Shown in pieces: positions 10,315 to 20,456 of a stretch of 64,000 nucleotides of DNA (its first letter is position 1; each line of letters opens with the position of its first letter). Under the pieces are notes generated by a model, which was given only the letters and a program-made list of their open reading frames with translations, made no database searches and was not told the origin of the DNA. Source of the stretch: Acidobacteriaceae bacterium (GTDB taxonomy: Bacteria; Acidobacteriota; Terriglobia; Terriglobales; Acidobacteriaceae). The stretch spans positions 10,261-74,260 of the forward strand of contig PLOI01000133.1 of NCBI GenBank assembly GCA_003142015.1. Direction: 5' to 3'. Both the position numbers and the translations under genes were made by a program.

Positions 10315-11417
10315 GCGAATTCAGGCTGCGCCGCCTGGGGGTGGTGATGGAGCCGGAACCGGGAAACCCGCTGGAGGCCGATGGCGTCCTCAACCCGGCA
10401 GCCGCCCGTGGTCCGGATGGACAGCTCTACCTTTTTCCGCGGCTGACCGCGCGGGGGAATTACTCGCGCATTGGCATTGCACGGGTACGATTCAATGAGG
10501 CCGGCGATCCGACCGGCGTAGAGAGACTTGGCATGGCACTGGAGCCGGAAGCCGACTATGAGCGGCGCCCTGACGGCAGTGGCGGCTGCGAGGATCCGCG
10601 CATCACCTTTGTAGAGCCGCTTCAGCGATACCTGATGACTTACACGGCATGGTCGTCCCATGGCCCGCGAATTGCCATGGCAGTATCGGAAGATATCATT
10701 CACTGGAAACGTCTGGGGCTTGCGACGTTTGCCTCGTGCGACGGCATTGAGTTCGGTAATGTGGACGACAAGGATGCCAGCCTCTTCCCAGCTGTTATTC
10801 CCGACCCATCCGGGCAGCCGGAGCTGGCTTTGCTCCACCGGCCGCTCTTTCCAGGGACTCGCCCCGAGGAAACCGCCTGCAGTCCTGCGTCCCGCGAGGT
10901 GGATATCGATCGGGAAAGCATCTGGATTTCGTACTGTCAAATGACACTTGACCATAGGCCGTTTCACGCTGGTCAGTTTACCTTTCATCATCGGCTGGCA
11001 TCTCCTGTTTCGCCTTGGGAACGGCTCAAAATCGGCGGCGGCACGCCACCCATCCTTACCCGGCACGGCTGGCTCATCATCTACCACGGTGTCAGTGAAA
11101 TCGACGGACCTGATACCGACAGCCACATGTTGTGCTATTCGGCAGGAGTAATGATCTTTTCCAAAGAGCATCCGCTCGTGATTAAATACCGCTCGGCGGA
11201 GCCGGTGCTGACGCCCGAGCTGCCGGAAGAGCGCCATGGAATTGTAGCCAATGTCGTCTTCCCCACAGGTATCGACAAGCGCGACGATCTGGGAACACCC
11301 GATCGCTTTGACGTCTACTATGGGATGGCTGACAACCGCATTGGTGCTGCGCGCTTTGACTTGCCAGATCATCTGCCTGCGGGAGCAGATGCAGACTCGC
11401 CGAAAGCAAAGGTATAA
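10311..11417 (+). CDS. GH130-family glycosidase/phosphorylase
   Basis: LNPAA, CEDPRI, DKDA, LLHRP, YHGV, NVVFPTG, YYGMAD; GTGA overlap with the HAD gene. Confidence 0.88.
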   Translation: MSEFRLRRLGVVMEPEPGNPLEADGVLNPAAARGPDGQLYLFPRLTARGNYSRIGIARVRFNEAGDPTGVERLGMALEPEADYERRPDGSGGCEDPRITFVEPLQRYLMTYTAWSSHGPRIAMAVSEDIIHWKRLGLATFASCDGIEFGNVDDKDASLFPAVIPDPSGQPELALLHRPLFPGTRPEETACSPASREVDIDRESIWISYCQMTLDHRPFHAGQFTFHHRLASPVSPWERLKIGGGTPPILTRHGWLIIYHGVSEIDGPDTDSHMLCYSAGVMIFSKEHPLVIKYRSAEPVLTPELPEERHGIVANVVFPTGIDKRDDLGTPDRFDVYYGMADNRIGAARFDLPDHLPAGADADSPKAKV

Positions 11418-11764
11418 TTTTGTGACGATCGGCTACGGTCCCTCACCCCTGTATGTGTGCTCTTTAGCTCAGTAAATCGATCATATCCTTGGAAGAATAT
11501 ATCAGGACAGGTAACTGTTTTCCTCTTCCTGGTGGTCCCTGCGCTTCTACGCTCCATCGGGCGTATGTTCCTCTTATGCGTCCACTTATTTGGAAGGACG
11601 CACAGGACAACATGTCACTTTTTTGAAGGGGCGTGTTTTTCTCTTTGTAAAGGCGCATTCACACTTTCGCCCAGGCAAAGGCAAGCACTTCACATGAATT
11701 TATCGAGCAACTCGAAGATTCCTTGAAAGTGGATCAAGTCCACGCAATGACTGGAGACAATGAA

Positions 11765-11956
11765 ATGCCCCTCGTAACTGTTGTAATCACACTTTTGGTA
11801 GTCGGCGTGTTGTTATGGCTGGTCAATCGCTATATTCCGATGCAAGGGACCATCAAGGGAATTCTGAATGCCGTGGTAGTGATTGTGCTCGTTGTATGGC
11901 TCATCAAAGTCTTTGGGCTGCTTCATTACGTTACCCAATTCCGCGTAGGGCCGTGA
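11765..11956 (+). CDS. Small two-TM membrane protein (Thivi_2564-like)
   Basis: LLVVGVLLWLVNRYIPM...ILNAVVVI pattern; GGAGA RBS. Confidence 0.8.
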   Translation: MPLVTVVITLLVVGVLLWLVNRYIPMQGTIKGILNAVVVIVLVVWLIKVFGLLHYVTQFRVGP

Positions 11957-12047
11957 GAGATCTAACTGCCGAGGCCTGGAAGATTGTGCCCGGTAAGGAA
12001 ACGAACGTCCAACGCAACAAGGCAGCCTTCTGCCTGTAGGAGGAATC

Positions 12048-13568
12048 TTGAAACGCATAGTTTTGTTCGCAATCGGAAGTGCCCTCAGCCTGAGCGCGTT
12101 TGCCCAGGCTAATCCTCAAACGACGACGGTTATCGAAACCGTAGGCCCTACATCCACATACCGCGTGGTCGTGATTAGTCGCACGGTCCAGGCGGTCAAC
12201 TATCAGCATCGCAGCGGAGCCACGGATGTGGATTTTGCCGGCACGGCATTGATGCCTTCAGCCGATGGTAAAGCCAAGGTGCGAAGCAAGCGCGGCACTT
12301 TGGAAGTCGAAGCCGAATTCGGAAACCTGCAAAGCCCTACAACCTTTGGCGGCGAATACCTTACCTATGTTTTATGGGCGATTTCACCCGAAGGCAGGGC
12401 AGCGAATCTTGGGGAAGTGCTGATAGGCGACAATAACCGAAGCAAGCTGACTGCAACCACCGATCTCCAGGCATTTGCTTTGATCGTTACCGCGGAACCG
12501 TACTATGCTGTCCGGCAGCCCAGCAACGTGGTCGTCCTCGAGAACGTCGTTCGCGCCGATACAAAGGGAACAACAGAGGCAGTAAATGCAAAGTATGAAC
12601 TGATGGAGCGCGGGGGCTACATTCCCACCGGATACAAGTTCGACCCCGTCATTCTGAGCGCCAGTCTTCCTTTGGAATTTTACGAGGCGCGAAATGCGCT
12701 GCGGATCGCTCAATCCGAGGGCGCCGAGACGTATGCAGGCCCCAGCTACCAGCACGCCGTCCAGTTGATGAACAATGCCGACGCCGACGCCATGAATAAG
12801 CACAGCGACAGAAAGCCGCTGATTGCCGTTTCCCGAGAGGTGGTACAGACTGCCGAAGATGCGCGAGAGATCGCGGTCAAAAAGATCGACGAGGTGCGCC
12901 TGGCGAATGAGCGCCAGGCATCTAGCGACGCGCAGGCAAATTCGCAGGCTCAAGCTGACGCGGCTACTCGCCTGAAGGAGCAGGCACAGTCCGACGCGGC
13001 AAAGGCGCAAGCCGACATGACCGCCAACCAAACAGCATCGGCGGCTGCGATTACCGCGGCGCAGGCCGACGCAGAGCGGGCTCGCATAGCAGCGCAAAAT
13101 GCTCAGCAAGGTGAAAATCAGGCGAACAACGACAAGGCCGCAATGCGCGCGCGATTGTCTGAGCAACTGAACCTGATTCTTGCGACTCGCGATAGCGCCC
13201 GAGGACTGATTGTAAGTATGTCCGATGTATTGTTCGACACCGGAAAGTATACGTTGAAGCCAGGCGCGCGGGAGAAATTGGCGAAGGTTGCCGGAATCCT
13301 GATCGCCTACCCTGGGCTCAACATCGAAGTTGACGGCTACACCGACAACGTCGGCGGCGATGAAATGAATCAGAAGCTGTCGGAGAATCGTGCAGGCGCC
13401 GTCCGCGATTACCTTGTCGAGCAAGGCGTAACGACAAACTCCGTGAGCGCAAAGGGCTTCGGTAACACGTTGCCGGTAGCCTCCAATGATAACTCAGCGG
13501 GCAGGCAGGAGAACCGCAGAGTGGAATTGGTCGTATCCGGCGACGCAATCGGCAGCCCAGTGAAGTGA
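12048..13568 (+). CDS. OmpA-family protein with N-terminal beta domain and Ala/Gln-rich coiled coil
   Basis: Signal peptide; DVLFDTGK, DGYTDNVG, LSENRAGAVRDYL, GRQENRRVE; AGGAGG RBS before TTG. Confidence 0.9.
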   Translation: MKRIVLFAIGSALSLSAFAQANPQTTTVIETVGPTSTYRVVVISRTVQAVNYQHRSGATDVDFAGTALMPSADGKAKVRSKRGTLEVEAEFGNLQSPTTFGGEYLTYVLWAISPEGRAANLGEVLIGDNNRSKLTATTDLQAFALIVTAEPYYAVRQPSNVVVLENVVRADTKGTTEAVNAKYELMERGGYIPTGYKFDPVILSASLPLEFYEARNALRIAQSEGAETYAGPSYQHAVQLMNNADADAMNKHSDRKPLIAVSREVVQTAEDAREIAVKKIDEVRLANERQASSDAQANSQAQADAATRLKEQAQSDAAKAQADMTANQTASAAAITAAQADAERARIAAQNAQQGENQANNDKAAMRARLSEQLNLILATRDSARGLIVSMSDVLFDTGKYTLKPGAREKLAKVAGILIAYPGLNIEVDGYTDNVGGDEMNQKLSENRAGAVRDYLVEQGVTTNSVSAKGFGNTLPVASNDNSAGRQENRRVELVVSGDAIGSPVK

Positions 13569-13608
13569 ATGGAACGACGGGCAGCTTGCACTGATGCTTC
13601 CGTATAAC

Positions 13609-13636
13609 CGCCGCGGTCTCGAGTGAGACCGCGGCG
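13609..13636 (+). terminator. 12-bp GC-rich hairpin after ompA-family gene (possible terminator)
   Basis: cgccgcggtctc-gagt-gagaccgcggcg; only a weak U-tract follows. Confidence 0.5.
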
Positions 13637-13681
13637 TGTGTTGAATCATCTTGCTTGTATACAGAAACGCGGGAAGTGAGT

Positions 13682-13837
13682 ATGCTTGGAACTATATTAA
13701 TCGTAGTTCTTGTCTTAGCGCTAATGAGCGCCTTGCCACGATGGCCCCATAGCAGCAATTGGGGATATTATCCGAGCGGAGGAGTGGGATTAGTCCTCTT
13801 GATCATTGTTATTCTCCTGGTTCTCGGCCTGATTTGA
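13682..13837 (+). CDS. DUF3309-family small membrane protein
   Basis: LPRWPHSSNWGYYPSGG signature between two TM segments. Confidence 0.88.
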   Translation: MLGTILIVVLVLALMSALPRWPHSSNWGYYPSGGVGLVLLIIVILLVLGLI

Positions 13838-13852
13838 ACGCGAAAAGAGGAC

Positions 13853-16237
13853 ATGATGCCGCTTCCTGATACGATGCACCCAGAAAAGGCTGTAGCAGAT
13901 CCCGTCACAGAAGCATATTCACATGTTGCACTGAAGGCGTGCAGACTACCTTTGCCAACCCGCATTGCGTTTGTTGGAAACTACTTGCCGCGCGAGTGCG
14001 GCATTGCTACTTTTACAACCGACCTGTGCACGGCTCTCGCGACAGAGTACGGAGAGGGACGTCTGTTTGCGATACCAGTGAACGATCCTGATTCGAGCTA
14101 TGACTATCCAAAACAAGTACGTCTGGAGCTTACACAGGAAGACCTTGCCTCGTATGAGCGCGCCGCGGACTTTCTCAACTTTAATGGCAACGATCTTGTC
14201 TGCCTGCAACATGAATATGGCATCTACGGTGGCAGTGCAGGCCGCCACATTCTGACCTTACTGCGCAAATTGAAAATGCCGCTGGTGACCACGCTGCATA
14301 CGGTGTTACGCGAGCCGGACGCGAATCAGCGAATGGTACTCGAAGAGATAGCGCGGCTTTCCGATCGCCTGGTTGTGATGAGCGAGTTGGCGGCCCAACT
14401 GCTAAGCGAAGTGTATGCGGTTTCGCGAGAGAAGATAGATGTGATTCCACACGGCGTTCCTGATCTTCCCTTCATGGACCCAAACTACTTCAAAGACAAG
14501 TTCGGCACGGAAGGCAAGTCAGTTCTGCTTACGTTCGGTTTGTTATCGCCAAACAAGGGTATTGAGAACGTCATTCAGGCACTGCCTGCCATCCTGGCGA
14601 AACAGCCGAACGTGGTTTATATCGTATCGGGAGTGACCCATCCGCATATTCGCCGGCGGGAGGGCGAGCGTTATCGCGAGGAACTGCAAGCGCTGGCAGA
14701 ACAGCTCGGTGTTTCCGATCACCTGATTTTCAACAATCGTTTTGTGAGTGCAGAGGAACTTATAGAGCATGTCGGAGCGGCCGATATCTACATCACGCCC
14801 TATCGGCATGAGGCGCAGGTTGTATCTGGCACGCTTGCGATTGCGCTCGGAGCCGGAAAGGCGATTGTATCCACACCGTACTGGCACGCCAAGGAGTTAC
14901 TTGCAGAAAGCAGAGGCGTGATCGTTCCTTTCGAGAGTCCCGCTGCGATCGCCGAGGCAGTTATCGCGTTGCTGGAAAACGATGCTGAACGTCATGCGAT
15001 GCGGAAGCGGGCCTATTTGCACTCTCGCGGAACAACGTGGGCGAAGACGGCGCGGGCCTACATGGCGAGCTTTCAACGCGCACGCTTCGAACGCTCGTTA
15101 CAGCCTAGAGCCGCCCAACAGGACGATCTTGCATTGGAGCCGGTAGGCCCTCTGCCCGCGGTCAACCTAAGCCATCTGTTGACTATGACTGACGACACGG
15201 GCATCTTGCAGCACGCGATTTTTACGGTGCCAAACACGCGTGAGGGTTATACAACCGATGACAACGCACGCGCTCTTATCGTGTCAGTTCTTCTGGATGA
15301 AAATCAGGCGCATAGGGGCAAACGCGAGTATCTAGATCTCTCCCATCGTTATTTGTCTTTTCTATGGCTTGCCTTCCATGCCGATACAGGGAGGTTTAGA
15401 AATTTTCTTAATTACGACCGCAAGTGGCTTGAAGATATCGGGTCGGATGACAGCCATGGGCGCGCGTTGTGGTCGCTTGGAAAGGTGCTTGGGGCTTCAC
15501 GAAATGCAGGATTGAGAGGTGCAGCCGGGAGGCTCTTCGAAGCCGCAGTCCCTGCAACACTTACGTTTACCAGTCCGCGCGCCTGGGCGTATTGCATCCT
15601 TGGCATGCAGGCCTATTTGGACTGGTTTCCAGGAGATAGAGCCATTCAGGGAACGCGCAATATCCTTGCCAATCGGCTACTTGACATCTATGATAGAAGT
15701 CAATCCGAGACGTGGAAGTGGTTCGAGAAGAGTCTTTCCTATGCGAATGCAAGGTTGTCGCAAGCTCTTATCCTGGTAGGATGGAGGAGTGATAACCAAA
15801 GAATGATCGAAGCTGGAATGGATTCTCTGAAATGGCTTGTCGGCGAGCAATACCGCGACGATAAAGAGATATTCGTGCCGATTGGGTCCAGCGGATTCTT
15901 CATAGAAGGATGCGAAAAGGCGCGTTTTGACCAGCAACCAGTAGAGGCCTGCGCAACAATATCTGCCTGCCTTGAGGTATATAAGATGACTGAAGAAGGC
16001 CAATGGCTTGAGGAAGCTCGCAGGGTCTTTGGCTGGTTTCTCGGCAAGAACGATCTCCAGGTTCCGCTTTACGATGTAGTGACAGGCGGATGCAAAGATG
16101 GACTTCATCCAGACCGCGTGAATGAAAATCAAGGAGCTGAATCTACGCTCTCGTTTCTCATGGCTCTGCTCGAAATGCAGGGGGCCAAAGTAGCAAGTGC
16201 GAACCAACTGAATCATGGAATGAGTGTCTCCTATTGA
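13853..16237 (+). CDS. GT4 glycosyltransferase fused to a C-terminal (alpha/alpha)6-like domain
   Basis: NYLPRECGIATFT, QHEYGIYGG, FGLLSPNKGIE, SGTLA; C-terminal GYTTDDNARAL, FDQQPVEA, NENQGAESTL. Confidence 0.88.
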   Translation: MMPLPDTMHPEKAVADPVTEAYSHVALKACRLPLPTRIAFVGNYLPRECGIATFTTDLCTALATEYGEGRLFAIPVNDPDSSYDYPKQVRLELTQEDLASYERAADFLNFNGNDLVCLQHEYGIYGGSAGRHILTLLRKLKMPLVTTLHTVLREPDANQRMVLEEIARLSDRLVVMSELAAQLLSEVYAVSREKIDVIPHGVPDLPFMDPNYFKDKFGTEGKSVLLTFGLLSPNKGIENVIQALPAILAKQPNVVYIVSGVTHPHIRRREGERYREELQALAEQLGVSDHLIFNNRFVSAEELIEHVGAADIYITPYRHEAQVVSGTLAIALGAGKAIVSTPYWHAKELLAESRGVIVPFESPAAIAEAVIALLENDAERHAMRKRAYLHSRGTTWAKTARAYMASFQRARFERSLQPRAAQQDDLALEPVGPLPAVNLSHLLTMTDDTGILQHAIFTVPNTREGYTTDDNARALIVSVLLDENQAHRGKREYLDLSHRYLSFLWLAFHADTGRFRNFLNYDRKWLEDIGSDDSHGRALWSLGKVLGASRNAGLRGAAGRLFEAAVPATLTFTSPRAWAYCILGMQAYLDWFPGDRAIQGTRNILANRLLDIYDRSQSETWKWFEKSLSYANARLSQALILVGWRSDNQRMIEAGMDSLKWLVGEQYRDDKEIFVPIGSSGFFIEGCEKARFDQQPVEACATISACLEVYKMTEEGQWLEEARRVFGWFLGKNDLQVPLYDVVTGGCKDGLHPDRVNENQGAESTLSFLMALLEMQGAKVASANQLNHGMSVSY

Positions 16238-17262
16238 ATCCAGTTATCTCATTGATTGAATCGCCGGAGTCTCTCGCTCTGGAAGAAGCAAAGGTGAAGG
16301 CATGCGCCGATATGCCTTTGCTTAAGCGTTATTCCGGCAATCCGCTCCTCAGCCGTAAGGACTGGCCATATCCAATTAACAGTGTCTTGAACGCGGGTGC
16401 TGTGCTACTGGCCGATGGAGAGACCTTGCTTCTTTGCCGCATTGAGGACCGGAGCGGTTTGTCGCATCTTTGCGCCGCACGTTCTGCCAACGGAGTCGAT
16501 AATTGGCGGATCGATCCTCAACCGACTTTGGTCGCGAATCCGCAGGAATTTCCGGAAGAGATTTGGGGTATCGAAGATCCGCGCATTACATACGTCCCGG
16601 AGCTCGAGCAATACGCAGTGGCGTACACATCCTTTGCGCGGGGGGGGCCCGGAGTCTCGCTGGCGCTAACCAAGGATTTTCGTAGCTTTGAACGATTCGG
16701 CGTAATTATGCCTCCTGAAGATAAGGATGCGGCGTTGCTGCCTCGAAGATTCGGCGGACGTTGGGCTATGATTCACCGGCCCATGACGGCGCTGGGCGCT
16801 CATATGTGGATATCCTACTCGCCCGATTTGCGCCATTGGGGAAGTCACAAGATTATTCTCGAGGCGCGGCGTGGCGGATGGTGGGATGCAAACAAGATTG
16901 GGCTATGTTCTCCGCCTATTGAAACCGCCAAGGGATGGTTGGTGATCTACCACGGAGTGCGGCAAACGGCGTCAGGCAGCATTTATCGCCTTGGCCTCGC
17001 GCTCTTCGATCTGGAGAAGCCAGAGGTTTGCTTGCAACGCGGAAATTCCTGGATATTCGGACCGGAAGCCCCCTATGAACGTGTCGGAGACGTCAATGAC
17101 GTCGTTTTCCCCTGCGGACAGACCATCGGCGCGGACGGGGACACCATCAATCTTTATTATGGCGCTGCCGACACCAGCATTGCGCTTGCCAGGGGCAGCA
17201 TCCGCTGTCTTCTCTCCTGGTTGGACACTAACGGGAGTTTGCCAGAGAGACACGCATTTTAG
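16234..17262 (+). CDS. GH130-family glycosidase/phosphorylase (second copy)
   Basis: LNAGA, IEDPRI, DKDA, MIHRP, YHGV, DVVFPCG, YYGAAD; TTGA overlap with the GT4 gene. Confidence 0.9.
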   Translation: MNPVISLIESPESLALEEAKVKACADMPLLKRYSGNPLLSRKDWPYPINSVLNAGAVLLADGETLLLCRIEDRSGLSHLCAARSANGVDNWRIDPQPTLVANPQEFPEEIWGIEDPRITYVPELEQYAVAYTSFARGGPGVSLALTKDFRSFERFGVIMPPEDKDAALLPRRFGGRWAMIHRPMTALGAHMWISYSPDLRHWGSHKIILEARRGGWWDANKIGLCSPPIETAKGWLVIYHGVRQTASGSIYRLGLALFDLEKPEVCLQRGNSWIFGPEAPYERVGDVNDVVFPCGQTIGADGDTINLYYGAADTSIALARGSIRCLLSWLDTNGSLPERHAF

Positions 17263-17270
17263 CTTGGGCG

Positions 17271-17510
17271 GTGGTATGGCCGGGAAGGATAGTCGGCATG
17301 GCAAATGCAAGCCGGGATTGGCCCGATTGGCTACCGCATCTTCTTTGGATACGGCGAAAGTGTCCGCGTTGCAATTCAGTGAAATTCAAACAAGCGGAGT
17401 TGCGCCCGTTTGACAGCCTGTTGGCTATGTTTGCAGTGCGCCCAGTTCGCTGCATGTTTTGTTGGCGAAGGTACTACTGGATTACTTTGCACGGGGTGAA
17501 CGCAGGATAG
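17271..17510 (+). CDS. Small putative zinc-ribbon protein
   Basis: CPRC...CMFC pairs; start uncertain (alternative ATG 17298). Confidence 0.55.
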   Translation: MVWPGRIVGMANASRDWPDWLPHLLWIRRKCPRCNSVKFKQAELRPFDSLLAMFAVRPVRCMFCWRRYYWITLHGVNAG

Positions 17511-17568
17511 GTTTTCGACTATTGCGATTGATTCGAAACCATAGCATTCAAATGCAAGGTAAGTCTGT

Positions 17569-18264
17569 ATGAGCGTCTTTGTTCGACAACCGGCCCGGTT
17601 TGTTGCGCCGCGCATGAATCACTCCTTGGCGCCGCACTGGCTTACGCACCTGGGAGCGCTGGGCCTTTTCTCGGTTGCGGTGGTAGATTCCTCGGTCATC
17701 CCTCTTCCTCTGCCTGGCAGCACCGACCTGCTGTTGCTGTGGCTGGTTGCGCACAGCGGCAATCCCTGGCTACTGGCCCCCTGTGCCATTATAGGCAGCA
17801 TCCTGGGCGGGTACACCACCTGGCACATTGGCCGCAGAGGCGGCGAAGAAGCTTTGCGTCGCTATGTGCCGGCGCGTCTTCTTGGGCGAGTCGTCGGATG
17901 GGTAAAGCGTCATCCAGTCCTGGCTGTCTTTATTCCAGCATTACTTCCTCCGCCAATCCCGCTTTTGCCGTTTGCGCTCGCCTCCGGCGCGCTTGAAGTC
18001 TCGCGCAGACGCTTTCTTATCGTCTTCGGTGCAGCTCGCAGCCTGCGTTATTCATTCGTCGCATGGCTGGGTGTGACCTACGGGCGCAGGATTGTCCGTC
18101 TGTTCTCTGGAAGTCTCCAGAAGTGGTCGACTCCGCTGCTTTGCGTATTTGTTGTCTTGCTGGTAATCGGCGTCTGCTATGGGATATGGAAGATTCACGG
18201 TTTGCGCAAGATCGAGGCTGCTGAGAAACTTGCGTTGCATGACGAAGCATCTCGGGCTGTCTGA
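17569..18264 (+). CDS. DedA/VTT (YqaA-like) membrane protein
   Basis: DSSVIPLPLPGSTD, LLPPPIP, RSLRY motifs with several TM segments. Confidence 0.85.
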   Translation: MSVFVRQPARFVAPRMNHSLAPHWLTHLGALGLFSVAVVDSSVIPLPLPGSTDLLLLWLVAHSGNPWLLAPCAIIGSILGGYTTWHIGRRGGEEALRRYVPARLLGRVVGWVKRHPVLAVFIPALLPPPIPLLPFALASGALEVSRRRFLIVFGAARSLRYSFVAWLGVTYGRRIVRLFSGSLQKWSTPLLCVFVVLLVIGVCYGIWKIHGLRKIEAAEKLALHDEASRAV

Positions 18265-18295
18265 ACTCCCGAGGCCGCTTTGTCCTGTGTTCCAT

Positions 18296-19603
18296 CTACA
18301 CGACAAACATCGCAACGCCTGCCGCGAACATGGCTACTGTGGTAACCGCAACAACAATCCATCCCAGGTGGGAACTCGGTTGGCCCTGCATCAGTTTCTT
18401 GTCCGCGGCGACAATCAGAATTGCCACGAGAAGAAAGGGCGCCAGCAACCCATTGATGACCGCCGTCCAGTAGAGCGCCTTTACCGGGTTTATGCCAATG
18501 AAGTCCAGTACGACGCCAACTCCTGTCGAAACCAGAATCAGAGCGTAAAACCATCGTGCCTGTCTCAGTTTCTTGTTCAGTCCTTGACGCCACCCAAGAG
18601 TTTCAGCAAAGGCGTATGCGGCCGATCCAGCCAGCGTTGGGATGGCAAGGAATCCGACGCCGACTATCCCCAATGTGAACAGGGTCGCAGCGAAGTTGCC
18701 GGCAAAAGGCCGCAGGGCTTCAGCTGCCTGGCGTGAGGTTTCGATCTTCGTGAGGCCGTGCCCGTTGAGGGTAATGGCTGTTGTCAAAATGATGAAGAAC
18801 ATAACCATGTTCGAGAAGAACGCGCCAACCCCCACATCGATATTTCTTAGTTTAAGCTCCTGGAGTGTGGCTCCTCTGCGCTGAGCGAGCGTACTCTGAC
18901 CCGAAGATTTCTCCTCTTCAACTTCTTCACTCGCCTGCCAGAAAAACAAATACGGACTGATGGTAGTCCCAAGGATCGCGACCAGCATCGCCCATTCATC
19001 CCTGCTGTGCGGCATCGATGGAATGAAAGTTTCGCGCAGCACCTGGCCCCAATCGGCCCCAACGACAAACGCGGTAATAGGGTATGCGAAGAGTACAAGG
19101 ACCAGCCATTTGAGCACGTTCGCAATCTGGTGATAGTGGAGCCGGACCGTTGCCCATGAGATAAGGAGCGCAAACACAACGACTAACCAGTGGGAGTTGA
19201 TTCCCGACAGCATAGCAGCTGCATCTGCCATGCCGGCCAGGTCCGCAGCTATGTTGATCGTGTTTGCGGCCAGAAGAGATATGACGAAGGCAAGCAGTAG
19301 CCACCTTGGAAATCGCTGCTTGAAGTTCCCGGCAAGTCCTTGTCCTGTCACCTTGCCGATACGGGCACACATCATTTGGACCGCGGCCATCAGGGGCCAC
19401 GTTATGAATGCAGTCCACAGAAGTTTGGTGCCAAGCTGCGCGCCGGCAACTGAATATGTGGCGATGCCGGAAGGGTCATCGTCCGCGGCCCCGGTGATGA
19501 TGCCGGGGCCGATAGCGCTCAATAGTGATCGAATCCATCCAGATGGGCTGGGTGGATGGGTCGTAACGGCTCCCTGAGGAGGCCTTATTTGCTTTTGTTG
19601 CAC
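18296..19603 (-). CDS. NRAMP-related divalent metal transporter
   Basis: GPGIITGAADDDPSGIATYS and LGTTISPYLFFWQ signatures. Confidence 0.9.
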   Translation of the reverse strand: MQQKQIRPPQGAVTTHPPSPSGWIRSLLSAIGPGIITGAADDDPSGIATYSVAGAQLGTKLLWTAFITWPLMAAVQMMCARIGKVTGQGLAGNFKQRFPRWLLLAFVISLLAANTINIAADLAGMADAAAMLSGINSHWLVVVFALLISWATVRLHYHQIANVLKWLVLVLFAYPITAFVVGADWGQVLRETFIPSMPHSRDEWAMLVAILGTTISPYLFFWQASEEVEEEKSSGQSTLAQRRGATLQELKLRNIDVGVGAFFSNMVMFFIILTTAITLNGHGLTKIETSRQAAEALRPFAGNFAATLFTLGIVGVGFLAIPTLAGSAAYAFAETLGWRQGLNKKLRQARWFYALILVSTGVGVVLDFIGINPVKALYWTAVINGLLAPFLLVAILIVAADKKLMQGQPSSHLGWIVVAVTTVAMFAAGVAMFVV

Positions 19604-19845
19604 CCAGCATCCGCCGTCGAATTTTTCGTGCCGAGTTTTACGTGGGCATCGACATGTACCTCGCTACATACAGGTGCATTATGGGCAGCCTCTTTTGCCT
19701 TGCCCCAGGCGCCTTCGACCTTTCCCTTGGCCTGCTGAACCATGCCTTTAACCCGGAGTTTGGGATTGTCCGTCAACTCGCCCACCTTACGCTTGGCGCT
19801 CCCCACCACTTCGTCGATAGTTCCCTTCACTCGATCTTTATTCAC
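19585..19845 (-). CDS. CsbD-family stress protein
   Basis: NKDRVKG...GELTDN...G..QQAKGKVE; GTG start behind GGAGG. Confidence 0.88.
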   Translation of the reverse strand: MNKDRVKGTIDEVVGSAKRKVGELTDNPKLRVKGMVQQAKGKVEGAWGKAKEAAHNAPVCSEVHVDAHVKLGTKNSTADAGCNKSK

Positions 19846-19905
19846 AGGTCCACCTCCGTGGATTTGTCGTTTGTAGAATAGCGAGAAGCTCAATTTGCAG
19901 GAGTG

Positions 19906-20430
19906 TCATTCGATCCTTGCTTGCGCACTTCTGGATGAAATCAGCATTTCTTTAAGCATCGGCATGGCGCTTCCAAAATCTGGATACAGCGCCGCCGAAT
20001 TAAGTGGAAGTCGCCTTTGCCGGGCAGCAATAGGGGACGGTACAGATTCATCGAGCGCCGGCAGGATCGCATCGCGCTGAATGCGGAAGGGGCAGACGCC
20101 AACCCTGGCCAGAAAGAACCATGGATATTGCGTCAACTCGATATGCTCCACTTCCGCGGCATTGAAGTGTTCACTTATCCTGTGAAGAGCCAGCTTCAGA
20201 GCGTTGGCAATCGCTTCCTGCGATGTATCCCCTACACCGCACCTCTGCGAATTCTGGGCAATCTTGAAGCAACTCCACCCGCGCTTAACTATCTGCTCTT
20301 CCAGCCGGCGTGCATTGACAGTCAGCAACAAGTTCCAACCATCGCGGAATTCATCGGTCGCCATTCTCAGGCCGTCGGGCAGTTCAGTTCGCGCTCGCAG
20401 AAGCATATTCGATTGGGAAATGGTACGCAT
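19906..20430 (-). CDS. Hypothetical protein
   Basis: 174-aa ORF co-oriented between the response regulator and csbD, AGAGAG RBS; no family recognised. Confidence 0.65.
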   Translation of the reverse strand: MRTISQSNMLLRARTELPDGLRMATDEFRDGWNLLLTVNARRLEEQIVKRGWSCFKIAQNSQRCGVGDTSQEAIANALKLALHRISEHFNAAEVEHIELTQYPWFFLARVGVCPFRIQRDAILPALDESVPSPIAARQRRLPLNSAALYPDFGSAMPMLKEMLISSRSAQARIE

Positions 20431-20456
20431 CGTTCACACTCTCTTTGTTGTTTCTT

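Noticed and set aside
12384-13424. Long antisense ORFs (also 10281-11372, 23994-25082, 25576-26652, 36773-37705, 62586-63650)
   Set aside because: Shadows of well-supported genes, expected in GC-rich DNA; no motifs.
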